64,000 nucleotides of DNA from Camelus ferus (taxonomy: Eukaryota): the NCBI RefSeq assembly GCF_009834535.1, contig NC_045697.1, forward strand, positions 25,174,001-25,238,000, given 5' to 3'. Position numbers and translations under genes: made by a program. This document shows positions 63,962 to 64,000 of the stretch, piece after piece. Below the pieces are notes generated by a model. That model was not told the origin of the DNA. It ran no database searches and worked only from the letters and a program-made list of their open reading frames with translations. Each line of letters opens with the position of its first letter. The first letter of the stretch is position 1.

Positions 63962-64000
<39 letters not shown>
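63944..64000. repeat. Compound (TG)n(TA)n microsatellite
   Basis: Read directly; truncated by the window end. Confidence 0.97.

Overview
AT-rich, CpG-depleted mammalian (eutherian) DNA, intergenic or deep-intronic. I cannot support any host protein-coding exon, tRNA/rRNA gene, CpG island or promoter. The supplied ORFs are pieces of decayed LINE-1 or other repeats, or chance frames. The window is a layered retroelement fossil record: LINE-1 copies of several ages, L2, MIR, MaLR/ERVL LTRs and DNA-transposon MITEs. One young L1 has a cetartiodactyl-type 3' UTR and I saw no lineage-specific SINE, so a camelid-like host is a tentative inference. The best hidden signal, missed by the ORF track, is a very old class III (ERV-L-like) retrovirus pol fossil on the + strand at ~5110-9750. 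It shows RT motifs A/B/C, thumb and connection, plus weaker protease, integrase-end and dUTPase-like remnants. MLT1 LTRs, a nested solo LTR, an L1 tail and an L2 break it up; the RT frame rejoins in phase across the MLT1 target-site duplication (TSD). Smaller findings: a 25-bp templated insertion, a ~60-bp poly(A)-tailed micro-retrocopy with TSDs, a twin-primed inverted L1, perfected palindromes in old repeats and repeat-poor candidate regulatory islands. I found no evidence of a functional, previously undescribed system. Family names are from memory, not a database search, and boundaries of old repeats are approximate.
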